From: an uncultured virus (IMG/VR IMGVR_UViG_3300025759_000060)
Taxonomy: Duplodnaviria > Heunggongvirae > Uroviricota > Caudoviricetes
Reading direction: 5' to 3' (one strand)
Virus record (IMG/VR): IMGVR_UViG_3300025759_000060
Length of the DNA stretch: 64,000 nt
Shown: positions 41,075-50,979 of the stretch, piece after piece
Layout: each line of letters opens with the position of its first letter
Position numbering within the stretch: the first letter of the stretch is position 1
Translations under genes and position numbers: made by a program
The notes under the pieces: generated by a model
What the model was told of the DNA's origin: nothing
The model's input: the letters and a program-made list of their open reading frames with translations, nothing else
Database searches by the model: none

Positions 41075-42187
41075 TCAAAATAGCTCCTTTATCTTGTCAT
41101 ATACGAAAGAAGCAATTTGTGGATTCTCATTTAAAAATTCTGATAAGTTGTTTGATCCTTGAAATTTAAAAAATCTTTCTATGTCTTCTTCTTTATCAGA
41201 AATATTATTATCACTTAGTATCTTTTGTATTACCGGATCTTCTAAGTTATCGACCGCGCACTGTATTGTATACCAAGCACCAGCAGATTTAATTAATCTA
41301 AACTCACATGCTATCTGTACAACCTCTTGTACTTCGTCTAGCCCAATGCCATATCTAATCCAACTTTCCGCTGTGCTATTTGGAGTACCGCCAGCGCAAG
41401 ATGTTTTGACGTTCCAGTTTGCTATCTGACCAACGTGAGGCCCAGTATCTTTTGGAATTTGCCATCGACCACGATGGGTGATTACCATGTTTGTACCAGC
41501 TTGATATTGCAACATATTTCCACAGTCTGCCATCTTTGCTGGTGCGTATGGAGATCCACCAGTGTTTGCGATATTGTGAGTAACAGCAATTAGTATTGTT
41601 TTATTCTTCATTAGAGAGCCACTAATACGTTTGAAAAACATAGATAGTAATCGAGGCAATGCGTTACGCACACCTGTACGAACTTCACCGTCTAGCTCTA
41701 CTGATGGAACCATATTTGATAATGAATCTGCAATGATCAAACAACCCGGATCATTATTAATGTAATACTCTGTAATGTTTAGAAACTCTTCTGCTGATAA
41801 AATCTTATCGTCTGTAGACTGTACAATAAGAATTCCTTCAGGATCTAAACCTTTAATCCCATCAAAATTTTGCTTAGACAACCTACCTTCTGTGTTAAGA
41901 TAAATGACACGTTTTCCTTGAGCTTGACACTTTGCAGCAAAGTGCAATGCTGTCGTGGTTTTACCAGACTTAGGATCACCTGTCATGACCACTACAGATC
42001 CTTCTCTAAGTCCACCTCCCAACGCGATGTCTAACGCTGGAGATACACCAATTACTTCCAATTGGTTAATATTTTCTAAGACCTCAGTACCAGTGCTAAC
42101 AACATCTCCATATTTACTAACCACGGAATTGCTTACTACATCAGTGTCAAACTTATTAGATACTTTCTTCTTCTTAACTTTACTCAT
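41075..42187 (-). CDS. recA: RecA/UvsX recombinase
   Basis: LDIALGGG, GDPKSGKTT, NTEG, IADSL, AGAWY. Confidence 0.9.
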   Translation of the reverse strand: MSKVKKKKVSNKFDTDVVSNSVVSKYGDVVSTGTEVLENINQLEVIGVSPALDIALGGGLREGSVVVMTGDPKSGKTTTALHFAAKCQAQGKRVIYLNTEGRLSKQNFDGIKGLDPEGILIVQSTDDKILSAEEFLNITEYYINNDPGCLIIADSLSNMVPSVELDGEVRTGVRNALPRLLSMFFKRISGSLMKNKTILIAVTHNIANTGGSPYAPAKMADCGNMLQYQAGTNMVITHRGRWQIPKDTGPHVGQIANWNVKTSCAGGTPNSTAESWIRYGIGLDEVQEVVQIACEFRLIKSAGAWYTIQCAVDNLEDPVIQKILSDNNISDKEEDIERFFKFQGSNNLSEFLNENPQIASFVYDKIKELF

Positions 42188-42714
42188 AGATCCCTCAATT
42201 TGTTTATCATTGTTTTATTTTTAGAATACGTCTGCGTTCTTCTTACTTTAACTTCTTGTTTGTCTTCAACTGTGTTTTGTTCAGGTTTAGTTTTTGCTTT
42301 TTTGGCAATCTTTTCTGCAACTTTGACTTCATTATTATAGCTCTTTATTGCTTCAAGTGCAACCTGATTATACTTCCAACCTCTAGGGCCGTAAGCTTTA
42401 AGTCCAATGTGATATATGTTTTTAAAATGACTTGACTTTATAGCTTCTATAATTATATGCTCTGGAAACTTTTTCTTTAATCCCGTAGCCGCTTTCATGT
42501 TTCTGATAAACATGTCATGATACTTGTCGCCCACTGTCCAAAATTTATAAGATGGTCTGTCCATCTTAAATGATTCTGTCCATCTAAGAATAAGAAATTC
42601 AGCGACGTAAGACTCAAAGTTACAATATTCACCCGTATGAATATGTTTATACTTATAAGTTTCAGACCACTGCTTTTGATAATTCTTGCTAAATGGCTTC
42701 GCCTTGTCTGACAT
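42184..42714 (-). CDS. Hypothetical protein
   Basis: Coupled ORF in operon. Confidence 0.5.
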   Translation of the reverse strand: MSDKAKPFSKNYQKQWSETYKYKHIHTGEYCNFESYVAEFLILRWTESFKMDRPSYKFWTVGDKYHDMFIRNMKAATGLKKKFPEHIIIEAIKSSHFKNIYHIGLKAYGPRGWKYNQVALEAIKSYNNEVKVAEKIAKKAKTKPEQNTVEDKQEVKVRRTQTYSKNKTMINKLRDL

Positions 42715-43126
42715 TGTATACAAAAGCCTCTTCAAAACACTCTTCAAAATTGTCTGTATGTTGAGCCTCTTCTATCAAGGCTGGGACGATCCACATTGTT
42801 TTTTCAACTTTATTATCTTTTAAAAACCCTATCGTATAGCAGTCTATCGACTTGCCTTGCAATTCTGCTTTTATAGATCTTACTAGATATACTGCTTCTG
42901 CATCTTCATTTTCCATTTTAATACAATGAGATCTATAACGCAAGCCAATACCTTTTATATATACATTATTATCATCACAATATTTTTGGAATGTCGTCCA
43001 TTTATCGTAATCATCTAAGTATATTTCTTTATCGTCAGAAGTTTGTATGTAAATCCATATTTTTCTTCTGTTGTCAGTGTTGGCATACGCTCTACGCCAT
43101 CCATCTTCGCCTATGATATATTTCAT
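42689..43126 (-). CDS. Hypothetical protein
   Basis: 145-aa coupled ORF. Confidence 0.5.
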   Translation of the reverse strand: MKYIIGEDGWRRAYANTDNRRKIWIYIQTSDDKEIYLDDYDKWTTFQKYCDDNNVYIKGIGLRYRSHCIKMENEDAEAVYLVRSIKAELQGKSIDCYTIGFLKDNKVEKTMWIVPALIEEAQHTDNFEECFEEAFVYNVRQGEAI

Positions 43127-43425
43127 TATTCAGCTTTAATTTTAGTTACGCAAGATTGATTTTTTCTAGGCCCAACTTTACGCTTTTCATCTGCAAGCGT
43201 AGATGCAGTTTCAGTCATAATGGTTGATCCACGATGATGGTGAATGTGTTCACCCGCTGTAACTGTAGTTTGTTTGGCCTTGTGAGTAATATTTTTTTTA
43301 ATATATGTTTCTATAGATTTTATTGACCTATCTAGATCTACAGCAATTTCTGCTATCTCTTTATCTCTGTAATTATTGTCAATATAAAATGCTTCAACCT
43401 TACTGATTGGTCCTTTTTTAGCCAT
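43126..43425 (-). CDS. HTH-like hypothetical protein
   Basis: EIAEIAVDLDRSIKSIETY; AGGAG RBS. Confidence 0.5.
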   Translation of the reverse strand: MAKKGPISKVEAFYIDNNYRDKEIAEIAVDLDRSIKSIETYIKKNITHKAKQTTVTAGEHIHHHRGSTIMTETASTLADEKRKVGPRKNQSCVTKIKAE

Positions 43426-43756
43426 TTATAAAGCTCCTTTCTGCTCGTCGCATAAACAACGTGTTTTTAGTTTGCAAATACTTAACATAGTAGTCAAATG
43501 TTTGCTTTGAAGTTGATTTTAGTTCTTTACGAATTTGATTAGCCCTGTGACTGTCTGTGCCTCTGGGGTCAAACAGAGTGCCATTTGATGTAAGTACAAA
43601 GAATTTCTTTTGTACCCTTTCTCCTATATCAATTGCTTTATATTCTGCATATACAGTATCACTATCGTCTGATACACTTTGACCAAAGGCGTTATAAGAT
43701 TTTGTTTCTGTGTCTTTTTTAGCATCTTTTGATGTATAGTTTTCAACATATTTCAT
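43418..43756 (-). CDS. Hypothetical protein
   Basis: 112-aa coupled ORF. Confidence 0.5.
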   Translation of the reverse strand: MKYVENYTSKDAKKDTETKSYNAFGQSVSDDSDTVYAEYKAIDIGERVQKKFFVLTSNGTLFDPRGTDSHRANQIRKELKSTSKQTFDYYVKYLQTKNTLFMRRAERSFING

Positions 43757-44089
43757 TTATTCACCTTTAATAATATATTTCTTTTTCTGTTCTGGAGTCA
43801 TTTTATTTATTTTGATACGCTGTTCTTTTTTCTCTTGCGCTACTTTAAGATGTTGACTTTTAGATTCTATCTCTGACTTTTGATAGCTACCCATTCTAGA
43901 CCAATTCTTATCAGCCTGACCGCCAATGGTGCTGGAGTCAGTCATAAAAGAACCTAGCCCTCCATATATTACTCGTTCTAGAGTATTTTTACCACAAGAA
44001 GGGCAATTTTCTAGGGCATCGTCGTGAATAGACTGTCTAACATCTTTCAATGTTTCGCCACAATTTGTACATCCATAATCATATAACAT
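43757..44089 (-). CDS. FmdB-family zinc-ribbon protein
   Basis: MLYDYGCTNCG..CPSCG..LER. Confidence 0.8.
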   Translation of the reverse strand: MLYDYGCTNCGETLKDVRQSIHDDALENCPSCGKNTLERVIYGGLGSFMTDSSTIGGQADKNWSRMGSYQKSEIESKSQHLKVAQEKKEQRIKINKMTPEQKKKYIIKGE

Positions 44090-44108
44090 TTCAAAATCCT
44101 TGTATTGT

Positions 44109-44301
44109 GCCAGATAACAGACTGAATCTAGAGTTAACTAGAAGATGTCTTGAATCTGGCTTGTTTTGTCCCCCGGCTAGGGTAAAGATATGAATCTAAA
44201 ATTAATTAGATAACTTCCTGAACCCTAACCGGGACTAGGTTGGGTCTTAGAGTGATGAGCTAAATCTAGAATAAACTAAATAACACCATGAACTCTAAGA
44301 C
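44109..44301. ncRNA. Array of three symmetric double-pocket hairpin units (copies 4-6)
   Basis: Units at 44109-44160, 44172-44233 and 44244-44301 share the architecture but have different, self-complementary outer stems. Confidence 0.7.
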
Positions 44302-44972
44302 TCTAATGCGTATAAAACTGCTCCTATAATTCCGTTCCTCTGTATATCATGATACTCTAATTGAGAGATTCCGACCCCCGTAACATTAGATAATTTTTGC
44401 ATACATGTTTCTAATCCAGTGTGCTTATATATATCTGTTTGTTTATTATCACCATTTACAAGTACTTTAGAGTGTTTTCCCATTCGCGTAACAAACATCT
44501 TAATTTGCTCAAGTGTACAGTTTTGAGCTTCATCTAATATCATATACGAGTCGTGGAACGTCGATCCTCTCATAGTTTCTAGGGGTTCAAATCTAATCCT
44601 TCTTTGATTATAATAATAACCAAATTTATCTCTACCTAAAAAATATTTTAAATTTTCCTCCATAGGTTGTAGATATGGTTTTATTTTTTCGTTCAGTTCT
44701 CCCGGCAGAGAACCAAGATCTTTACCCGCACACACCAAAGGACGAGTTACAATTATCATGTCTATTTCGTCTTTTAAAATCTTTTGTGCTGCTATTCCAG
44801 CTGCGATAAATGATTTACCACTACCAGAAGGTCCAGTACAGAAAACTATATCGTTTTCTATAATTGATCTTATATAATATTTTTGATTCTCAGTCTTAGC
44901 CTCCAGTACTTTTGGTTTATGTGCTTTTTTTTCTTGACGCTTTTTTCGATTGTTATGTGCCTGTGCTGCCAA
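44295..44972 (-). CDS. phoH: PhoH-like ATPase
   Basis: GPSGSGKS, TRP, LGSLPG, MRGSTF, ILDEAQN, GDNKQTD. Confidence 0.93.
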   Translation of the reverse strand: MAAQAHNNRKKRQEKKAHKPKVLEAKTENQKYYIRSIIENDIVFCTGPSGSGKSFIAAGIAAQKILKDEIDMIIVTRPLVCAGKDLGSLPGELNEKIKPYLQPMEENLKYFLGRDKFGYYYNQRRIRFEPLETMRGSTFHDSYMILDEAQNCTLEQIKMFVTRMGKHSKVLVNGDNKQTDIYKHTGLETCMQKLSNVTGVGISQLEYHDIQRNGIIGAVLYALES

Positions 44973-45378
44973 AACCGTTACTCCCTCGTTGCGAGGTTTC
45001 TAATTCTTCTGCTTCAATTAGAGAAACTAAAGGAACCTCTTGGAATATAATCTGTGCGATTCTATCCCCACGATTTATTTCTACATCTTCGTCAGAAGTA
45101 TTGTATAAACAAACCATGACCTCTCCCCTATAGCCAGAATCCACGACTCCAGCTAAAACATCTAATCCCCTTTTTACAGACAGTCCAGAACGAGGCCAAA
45201 TTAATCCGGCTAATCCTTCTGGCATATCAAAGGAAACTCCTGTTTTTATAGTTGTTCGTTGTCTGCCAACTACGACTGTGTTTTCAGACGCATACAAGTC
45301 ATAGCCAGCATCACCGCGATGAGCTTTAGTCGGTGTCTCTGCTTCTTCGTTCAATAATTTAACATACACAAAAACCAT
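44953..45378 (-). CDS. dut: dUTPase (trimeric)
   Basis: AGYDL, PRSG, GVVDSGYRGE, RIAQ, RGSNGFGSTG. Confidence 0.95.
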   Translation of the reverse strand: MVFVYVKLLNEEAETPTKAHRGDAGYDLYASENTVVVGRQRTTIKTGVSFDMPEGLAGLIWPRSGLSVKRGLDVLAGVVDSGYRGEVMVCLYNTSDEDVEINRGDRIAQIIFQEVPLVSLIEAEELETSQRGSNGFGSTGT

Positions 45379-45387
45379 AGTTAACTC

Positions 45388-47604
45388 CTAGATTATATCA
45401 CACTTCCCGCCAGCACAAGCTACCTCTTGTACTGGATTTACATTATTCTGTTCTTCAATTACGTTGGTGTAATGTACTTCCTTGTACTCACGGTTGATAT
45501 CTAACCATTCATGCCAATTGTAAACATCCTTCATACAATATGTTAATTGTTTTAAATCTCCATTCATGTATTTATCAGCAAATTTTTGACATCTATCTTT
45601 ATAAGATTTTTTTTCTGTACCTTTAGCCTTTTGACCAACACCTAATAAACTATCACACGCTGCCCAAAGATTATCTTCATATAGTTGTAGTCCAATTTCT
45701 ATCAGACCGCTAACAAACATTGCAGCATCTCCATAGTGTTGTATCTGTTCACTGGGTAAATACACCGTTGTGAACGGAGCTTGAGCATAATCTTTATCCC
45801 CAGCTATGGGAAGAAGAGAAACGCCACAAAAATATTTACGATATTTATATATAAAATCTGTAACAGAATCCCATTCATCTGGCTTTACATTAATAGTATT
45901 AGAAACATTATGCGTCAACCAAGGTTGAGTACATTGCTTTGGGTTTGTACCGCTTACAACCCAGTTTCTTTGCGTACTTTTTACATACTCAAGAAGGTCG
46001 ATTGCACCAACTTGATTTTTGATCTTTGCGCCGTCTGGAACTTCTACGCAAAATGCTACTACGTCATCTGAGTCATTATTTGACCACACAGACTCTTCAC
46101 AAGCTCTAGGATTAATTGTTTTAAAATACTGGTATATTGGCTCCAGCTTATTAGCTTGGACTCTACGGATGTATCTCTTGGCGTGGTGGGGGTGAATACC
46201 AGACGATGTTCCAAGAATGCAACTTGATGTTCCTTCTGGTTTAACACAGGTTGTACGAGCCGCTTGATTAACACCAATTAGTGCAGCTAATTTCTTGTTG
46301 GTTTCTTTTACTATTTCTGCGCCTCTTTTTTGCACTTCTGGGTCAAGACAAATTTCATGTTGCTCCATAACACCCGTCATTGAAACACCCAGTAAAGCTT
46401 CGCGGCTAATAATTCTTTCTGAGACCTCTCCAAGATATGGAAAACTAGCAAATCCAGCCTGTAGTGTGCCAATAATTGCAGCGGAAGCACACGCTTCATA
46501 AAACTCTTTCTTTGTAGTTACCTTAGCGCAGTTAATTGTAGATAGATTACACGCCTGCCATCCAGTTTTACCTGTCTGCTCATCGACGGGCCACATGCCA
46601 ATTTCCACACATGGATTGACAATCAATTCTGTAGAATCAGACCATACAAATCCGGGTTCTCCAAACTCTTTAACAGATTGCATGAGTTCTGTAAACTGTT
46701 CTTTTGTTGTTTCGTTGCGAAGCAATAAGGCAGAATTGTTTGATCGTCCTCTCTGTGGATTATCAATAAACCATGATCCAGTTTTAGCTTTTGCCATTTC
46801 TTCGTCGTCGGCAGAAAAGACGCAGATAGTAGCGCTACGACGAACACCGCCACTGATTACAGCATCAGCGCCATACATAACAATGTCATACGCTTCAATT
46901 GGCTTGAGTTTCTTCTGACCATTTTTAATAGCATTGTCAAGTGTTTTCTTGATGCTAGTCAAAGCATTCTTTAATGGTTCTGGACCCGGAGCTTTACCTC
47001 CACTTGATTTTAGATAAGCTCCTGCTGGACGTATAGCAGAATAATCAAATACAACTGTTTTACCATTATATTCAGGAAAAAGATCATCTCCCTTGAAATA
47101 ACTAGAAATAAGAACACCTACAGCGTCTGACCAACCTTCTATAGAATCTTCAATAACAAATTTCTTTTGACCGTTTTTTCCTCTGATTAAGTTAGGTAGT
47201 TTAGCAATGTGGTGTTTCTGCACAGAGAATCCAGTTCCACAACCACAAAGTAATAGATACATGCATTCTTGGAAAAATCTTGTTCTGTCAATATATGAAG
47301 CAATACAGTTATATATTCTAGCATTATGTTTAAACACTGGAGATCCACCAAATTGTAAAGCTCTTTGTGAACCAAGAATCTTTTTTTTCTTCATGTCATC
47401 GTATGCTTGATCAATATACTTTGCGATCTCTGCCACTGGAGGAGGAGTCGTCTCCTTGTGTATACTATCATCCACATACTTGTCAATCATCATTTGTCTT
47501 ACTCTATCAACTGATTCACCCCACGTTTCTCTTCTTTTCTTTTGTGGACACCACCTTGCATATTTAGATACGAACGTATAACTCATTAATGATTTGAGCG
47601 ACAT
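45388..47604 (-). CDS. nrdJ: Class II (B12-dependent) ribonucleotide reductase
   Basis: YNC, GGVRRSA, NPCVE, CNL, VKPEGT, C-terminal CAGGKC; no adjacent small subunit. Confidence 0.85.
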   Translation of the reverse strand: MSLKSLMSYTFVSKYARWCPQKKRRETWGESVDRVRQMMIDKYVDDSIHKETTPPPVAEIAKYIDQAYDDMKKKKILGSQRALQFGGSPVFKHNARIYNCIASYIDRTRFFQECMYLLLCGCGTGFSVQKHHIAKLPNLIRGKNGQKKFVIEDSIEGWSDAVGVLISSYFKGDDLFPEYNGKTVVFDYSAIRPAGAYLKSSGGKAPGPEPLKNALTSIKKTLDNAIKNGQKKLKPIEAYDIVMYGADAVISGGVRRSATICVFSADDEEMAKAKTGSWFIDNPQRGRSNNSALLLRNETTKEQFTELMQSVKEFGEPGFVWSDSTELIVNPCVEIGMWPVDEQTGKTGWQACNLSTINCAKVTTKKEFYEACASAAIIGTLQAGFASFPYLGEVSERIISREALLGVSMTGVMEQHEICLDPEVQKRGAEIVKETNKKLAALIGVNQAARTTCVKPEGTSSCILGTSSGIHPHHAKRYIRRVQANKLEPIYQYFKTINPRACEESVWSNNDSDDVVAFCVEVPDGAKIKNQVGAIDLLEYVKSTQRNWVVSGTNPKQCTQPWLTHNVSNTINVKPDEWDSVTDFIYKYRKYFCGVSLLPIAGDKDYAQAPFTTVYLPSEQIQHYGDAAMFVSGLIEIGLQLYEDNLWAACDSLLGVGQKAKGTEKKSYKDRCQKFADKYMNGDLKQLTYCMKDVYNWHEWLDINREYKEVHYTNVIEEQNNVNPVQEVACAGGKCDII

Positions 47605-47624
47605 GTACTGACTCCGTGTTTTGT

Positions 47625-48251
47625 TTAAGTATCAAATAATTTATCTAAGAATCTATTTATAATCCATCTAATGATAACAGGTAAGATAACATAAAGAAAA
47701 ATCCAAGTCAATAAAACTGACCCATATTTTTTCTCAGCGTCTTCTACAACGTTGTCGTATACAAAATTATAACATTGATCCTTTAGGGTATATCTATCAA
47801 AATAATCAGCATTATCAAAAGTAACACCTTTACCCATACACATTGTAGCCCATTGCTCTGAATATTGCAAGCATTTTTTGGCAATATCTTTGTAGGATTT
47901 TTTAGAATATTTTGCTTCTATTTCAGCATAAATATCAGCATTATTGAAATTGCAAAACTTGACGGTATCAGAAGAATCACCATAGCCAAAACTAAAGTCT
48001 GGAAAATTTCTTAACTTTATAGATCCACCTTCTTCTCCAAAAATTATTTGTTCAATGTAAGCATAGAACGTAATAAGTTTTGTTATCTCTGCTCTAGGTT
48101 GATTTTCGCCAAACTTTATAATTGTTACATTGTCACCATGACTTATGTTTGCAACGCAAGGGCTTTCTGCTTTAATCTTAAATCCTTTAACTTCTATTCC
48201 ATTTCCATTAAAAATATTCCTAAGACTTATATTTATTTCTTTTGGTGACAT
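47625..48251 (-). CDS. Hypothetical protein with C-terminal TM helix
   Basis: VLLTWIFLYVILPVII. Confidence 0.5.
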   Translation of the reverse strand: MSPKEINISLRNIFNGNGIEVKGFKIKAESPCVANISHGDNVTIIKFGENQPRAEITKLITFYAYIEQIIFGEEGGSIKLRNFPDFSFGYGDSSDTVKFCNFNNADIYAEIEAKYSKKSYKDIAKKCLQYSEQWATMCMGKGVTFDNADYFDRYTLKDQCYNFVYDNVVEDAEKKYGSVLLTWIFLYVILPVIIRWIINRFLDKLFDT

Positions 48252-48253
48252 AT

Positions 48254-48721
48254 TTATCCCCCATGTATTAATACCCACGCTACAGCCATAAAATACTCAT
48301 TTAGTTCTGCTTTCTCAGATTCTTTTAAAGAATGATTGTCATCTCCCATAATTTCTTTTAACAGTTTTACTATCTCTTCTGCTAGCCCGTCATATTTATC
48401 AACTAATGTGTCTTTAAAAAATATTTTTCCAGCAAGAGTATAAACATCATTTACTTGTTGCGAAGTGGCATTATAGTCTAAAACTCTTTTTGCAAACTCA
48501 TAGTTAAAAATAGCCAACTTAGCTTTGTCGCTTGGGTCTGTAACAAGTTCAGAAAATATTTCAACCCTATTTATAACATCTTCGTGAGGTTTATCTATGC
48601 TCAAAATTTTTACTGGTGGCGGTTCTGGATTTGGTTTAGGAGTTTGATCAAGCAAATCTAATAAGCCTCCACCGAAAAAACTATATAGCAACAAACCTAC
48701 TGCTAGTATATTTTTATACAT
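48254..48721 (-). CDS. Membrane-anchored hypothetical protein with Pro-rich linker
   Basis: N-terminal hydrophobic stretch, PKPNPEPPP. Confidence 0.5.
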   Translation of the reverse strand: MYKNILAVGLLLYSFFGGGLLDLLDQTPKPNPEPPPVKILSIDKPHEDVINRVEIFSELVTDPSDKAKLAIFNYEFAKRVLDYNATSQQVNDVYTLAGKIFFKDTLVDKYDGLAEEIVKLLKEIMGDDNHSLKESEKAELNEYFMAVAWVLIHGG

Positions 48722-48722
48722 T

Positions 48723-49010
48723 TTATTTCTCCGCATTAAATAGTGGAAAAACTTCATCTAGCTTTTCCACTGCTTGGTCTAATCCTTCTTCTGTACATTT
48801 CTCTTTTAGGGAGTACCATAGGTCTACGATTTCCAAAAAAGGCTTATCAGCAACCTCGTCTTCCTCGATGATCACCTTGTTCTTTTTTAGAAAATTAAAG
48901 CTAAACATACTTTTAACCTTTCCGAATACATAAGACCAACTAATATTTGAAAATAGTAACACAGACGCTATTGCAATCGCTGCTACTCTTAAAATCATTT
49001 CTGTTTCCAT
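48723..49010 (-). CDS. Small membrane protein
   Basis: N-terminal TM helix; GGAG RBS. Confidence 0.5.
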   Translation of the reverse strand: METEMILRVAAIAIASVLLFSNISWSYVFGKVKSMFSFNFLKKNKVIIEEDEVADKPFLEIVDLWYSLKEKCTEEGLDQAVEKLDEVFPLFNAEK

Positions 49011-49023
49011 AATGTCTCCAATC

Positions 49024-49407
49024 CTAATGTTTATAAATTAATAATCCTTCTTTTAGTATTTTAGCCGTTCCCTCTCCGTGGTATGGGCATTTTGTTTTGT
49101 GACCGTCCCCTTGTTTTATCCAGCCTGATCCACCACAAGGGCATTTATCTGGATCTGGGTTTGGCCCAATAATGTCTGGAGTCGGATTATCTTCTTTAAA
49201 TATTTCTGAACCCGCTTTGTCGAAAGCAACTTTAACGTCTGCCTTCCATGTTTCTATGTAATCTTCATACATGTTTGTAATATCTTCAGTGCTACATCCA
49301 CAATCTACAGGTCCACCGTCAATAACAGACTGCCTGTTATCCATTATCATAACCGTTGCAGCTATACTGATTACAGAGATAAAAACAAGCTCAAGATGTT
49401 TTTTCAT
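49024..49407 (-). CDS. Membrane-anchored protein with Cys motif
   Basis: TM helix + CPCGGSG..GDGH..CPYH. Confidence 0.55.
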   Translation of the reverse strand: MKKHLELVFISVISIAATVMIMDNRQSVIDGGPVDCGCSTEDITNMYEDYIETWKADVKVAFDKAGSEIFKEDNPTPDIIGPNPDPDKCPCGGSGWIKQGDGHKTKCPYHGEGTAKILKEGLLIYKH

Positions 49408-49625
49408 GGATCGCCTCCGTCCACGGCATTATAATAAGCAATATCATCAAATCGCCCTGTCAATCCAGCTTGAATGGCTGTATAACTAGGACTAGTATCT
49501 AGAGTTGCATCAATTGTATTAAACTCGCCAGTTGCTAGGCAGGTTACAACAACAGTGCCATTTTTTGTTGCTTCTACAGAAGTGTTTGGATTTGTTACTA
49601 CGTCAGTTGTTGAGACTACGCCCAT
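49404..49625 (-). CDS. Small hypothetical protein
   Basis: 73 aa, AGGAG RBS. Confidence 0.5.
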   Translation of the reverse strand: MGVVSTTDVVTNPNTSVEATKNGTVVVTCLATGEFNTIDATLDTSPSYTAIQAGLTGRFDDIAYYNAVDGGDP

Positions 49626-49636
49626 TGTAAATTCTC

Positions 49637-49744
49637 CTATGGTTTAGTATAAATTAATTTTGAACCTTTGTATATTTTTTCTATAATTTTACCTTCTACG
49701 TATGCAGAAGGAATGTTGTTTGAACCCTTTTTTACGTTAGCCAC
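49637..49744 (-). CDS. Small protein (35 aa), not in the ORF track
   Basis: GTG start after AGGAG; MANVKKGSNNIPSAYVEGKIIEKIYKGSKLIYTKP* fills the gap. Confidence 0.55.
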   Translation of the reverse strand: MANVKKGSNNIPSAYVEGKIIEKIYKGSKLIYTKP

Positions 49745-49753
49745 AGAACACTC

Positions 49754-50056
49754 CTAAACAACAAAGTAAACTGTGTTTTCATCCTTAGTTAGTGTTGCGT
49801 ATGACGCAGCATCTGTAAAAACTAAGTTTTGAACACCGCTAACGTTAACACCCTCTTCTGCACCAGCCTGTACTATGTCTGACTTTATTGCTATTCCAGA
49901 AAGGTTTGAAAAAGTTGTAACTCCATCACCGATTTTTAGAGTATTGTCATTTATAGAGAATCCGGGTTCTCCCTCTCCTAAAACTGTATTAGCAGAAGCC
50001 CACTCAGAAGCAGAGCCTCTACGTAATTGCACCCTTGTGTTTGAATAATCTGGCAT
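49754..50056 (-). CDS. Tail-fibre-type N-terminal (Mtd/hyaluronidase N-term-like) domain protein
   Basis: VQLRRGSASEWASANTVLGEGEPG..LKIGDG. Confidence 0.7.
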   Translation of the reverse strand: MPDYSNTRVQLRRGSASEWASANTVLGEGEPGFSINDNTLKIGDGVTTFSNLSGIAIKSDIVQAGAEEGVNVSGVQNLVFTDAASYATLTKDENTVYFVV

Positions 50057-50976
50057 TAAAACACCTCATCTATCGTAAAGTCTACTTTTCGTGGTGGGAA
50101 TCCATCCACATCGCTGAACGCCCAAGCTCCATTTTGATTTAGCATACCTCTAGCATCTTTTTCTCTAATCCAAAATGATCCGTCTGGTTGATCAAATCGT
50201 TTAGGACCACCGTTAAATGCCCCCCAACTATTTTGAATTAAGAATAATGTTTCTTTATATATTTCATGCGAATCGTCCATGGAAATCCAAGCCATTGCGT
50301 GGTTCCATGACCCTGATCTACGAGCTATACCATTAGAGTCTCTACGTGAGGAAAATCCGTAATTACTACACACGCTTAAAGCATACCCGTTAGCTATAGC
50401 ATCTCTAGCTTCTTCGACAGATTTTACTAAACTAATTGTTTTTACTTGGTGCTTCTTGCCCTCTTCTATTACGTCTCTAGGAACGCCAGATCTTCCCCAA
50501 CTTGTTCCTATTCTACTATTATATTTAGAAAAGTCAACGAATCCATAATCTTTTCTAACTAGGATGCCCCCGTTCTGAGCAACAAATCTTGCAGCAACAG
50601 AACAGGACATCCCTTGACCGCCATGACCGCGAGATCCATATATTGCTTCGGTTGCTCCTCTCGCCACAAATTCTTCTGCTTGACCACCAACAATTTCATG
50701 ACATCTTGTAACATCTACGGCATTACGTGTCGAATGCGAGACGCAATCGCCTGTAGTTTGTCTTTCGTGAGGTCCAAAACTTGGATCATGTTTTATAGCA
50801 GACTTATGCAGTAAAGCAACTTTACCCTTGCCACTACTATATAAATCAGAGGCAGCAACTCCAAAGAGGGGGTGTGGCAACTCTCCTAAAAGTTTATCAG
50901 TATCTTCTGGATCGCACCACGAACCTACAAGTCCGTCCTTATAGGCTTTTAATATTTCTTGCGGTGTATTAAACAT
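50056..50976 (-). CDS. Papain-like (C1) cysteine peptidase
   Basis: QTTGDCVS (Q/C), WNHAM (H), QNSWG (N). Confidence 0.85.
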   Translation of the reverse strand: MFNTPQEILKAYKDGLVGSWCDPEDTDKLLGELPHPLFGVAASDLYSSGKGKVALLHKSAIKHDPSFGPHERQTTGDCVSHSTRNAVDVTRCHEIVGGQAEEFVARGATEAIYGSRGHGGQGMSCSVAARFVAQNGGILVRKDYGFVDFSKYNSRIGTSWGRSGVPRDVIEEGKKHQVKTISLVKSVEEARDAIANGYALSVCSNYGFSSRRDSNGIARRSGSWNHAMAWISMDDSHEIYKETLFLIQNSWGAFNGGPKRFDQPDGSFWIREKDARGMLNQNGAWAFSDVDGFPPRKVDFTIDEVF

Positions 50977-50979
50977 TTT

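Noticed and set aside
40893..41078. 61-aa ORF between recA and the endonuclease
   Set aside because: About two-thirds of it overlaps the endonuclease gene in another frame; it cannot be supported, though not excluded.
44109..44301. CRISPR mini-array reading of the repeats
   Set aside because: Variable segments are only 4-8 nt, outer stems covary per unit, and there is no cas operon. The Cas4-like nuclease at 35543 is a common phage replication-module exonuclease.
29192..47604. Inteins or introns in dnaE, dnaB, recA or nrdJ
   Set aside because: Protein lengths are normal, and no splicing motifs or LAGLIDADG inserts were seen.
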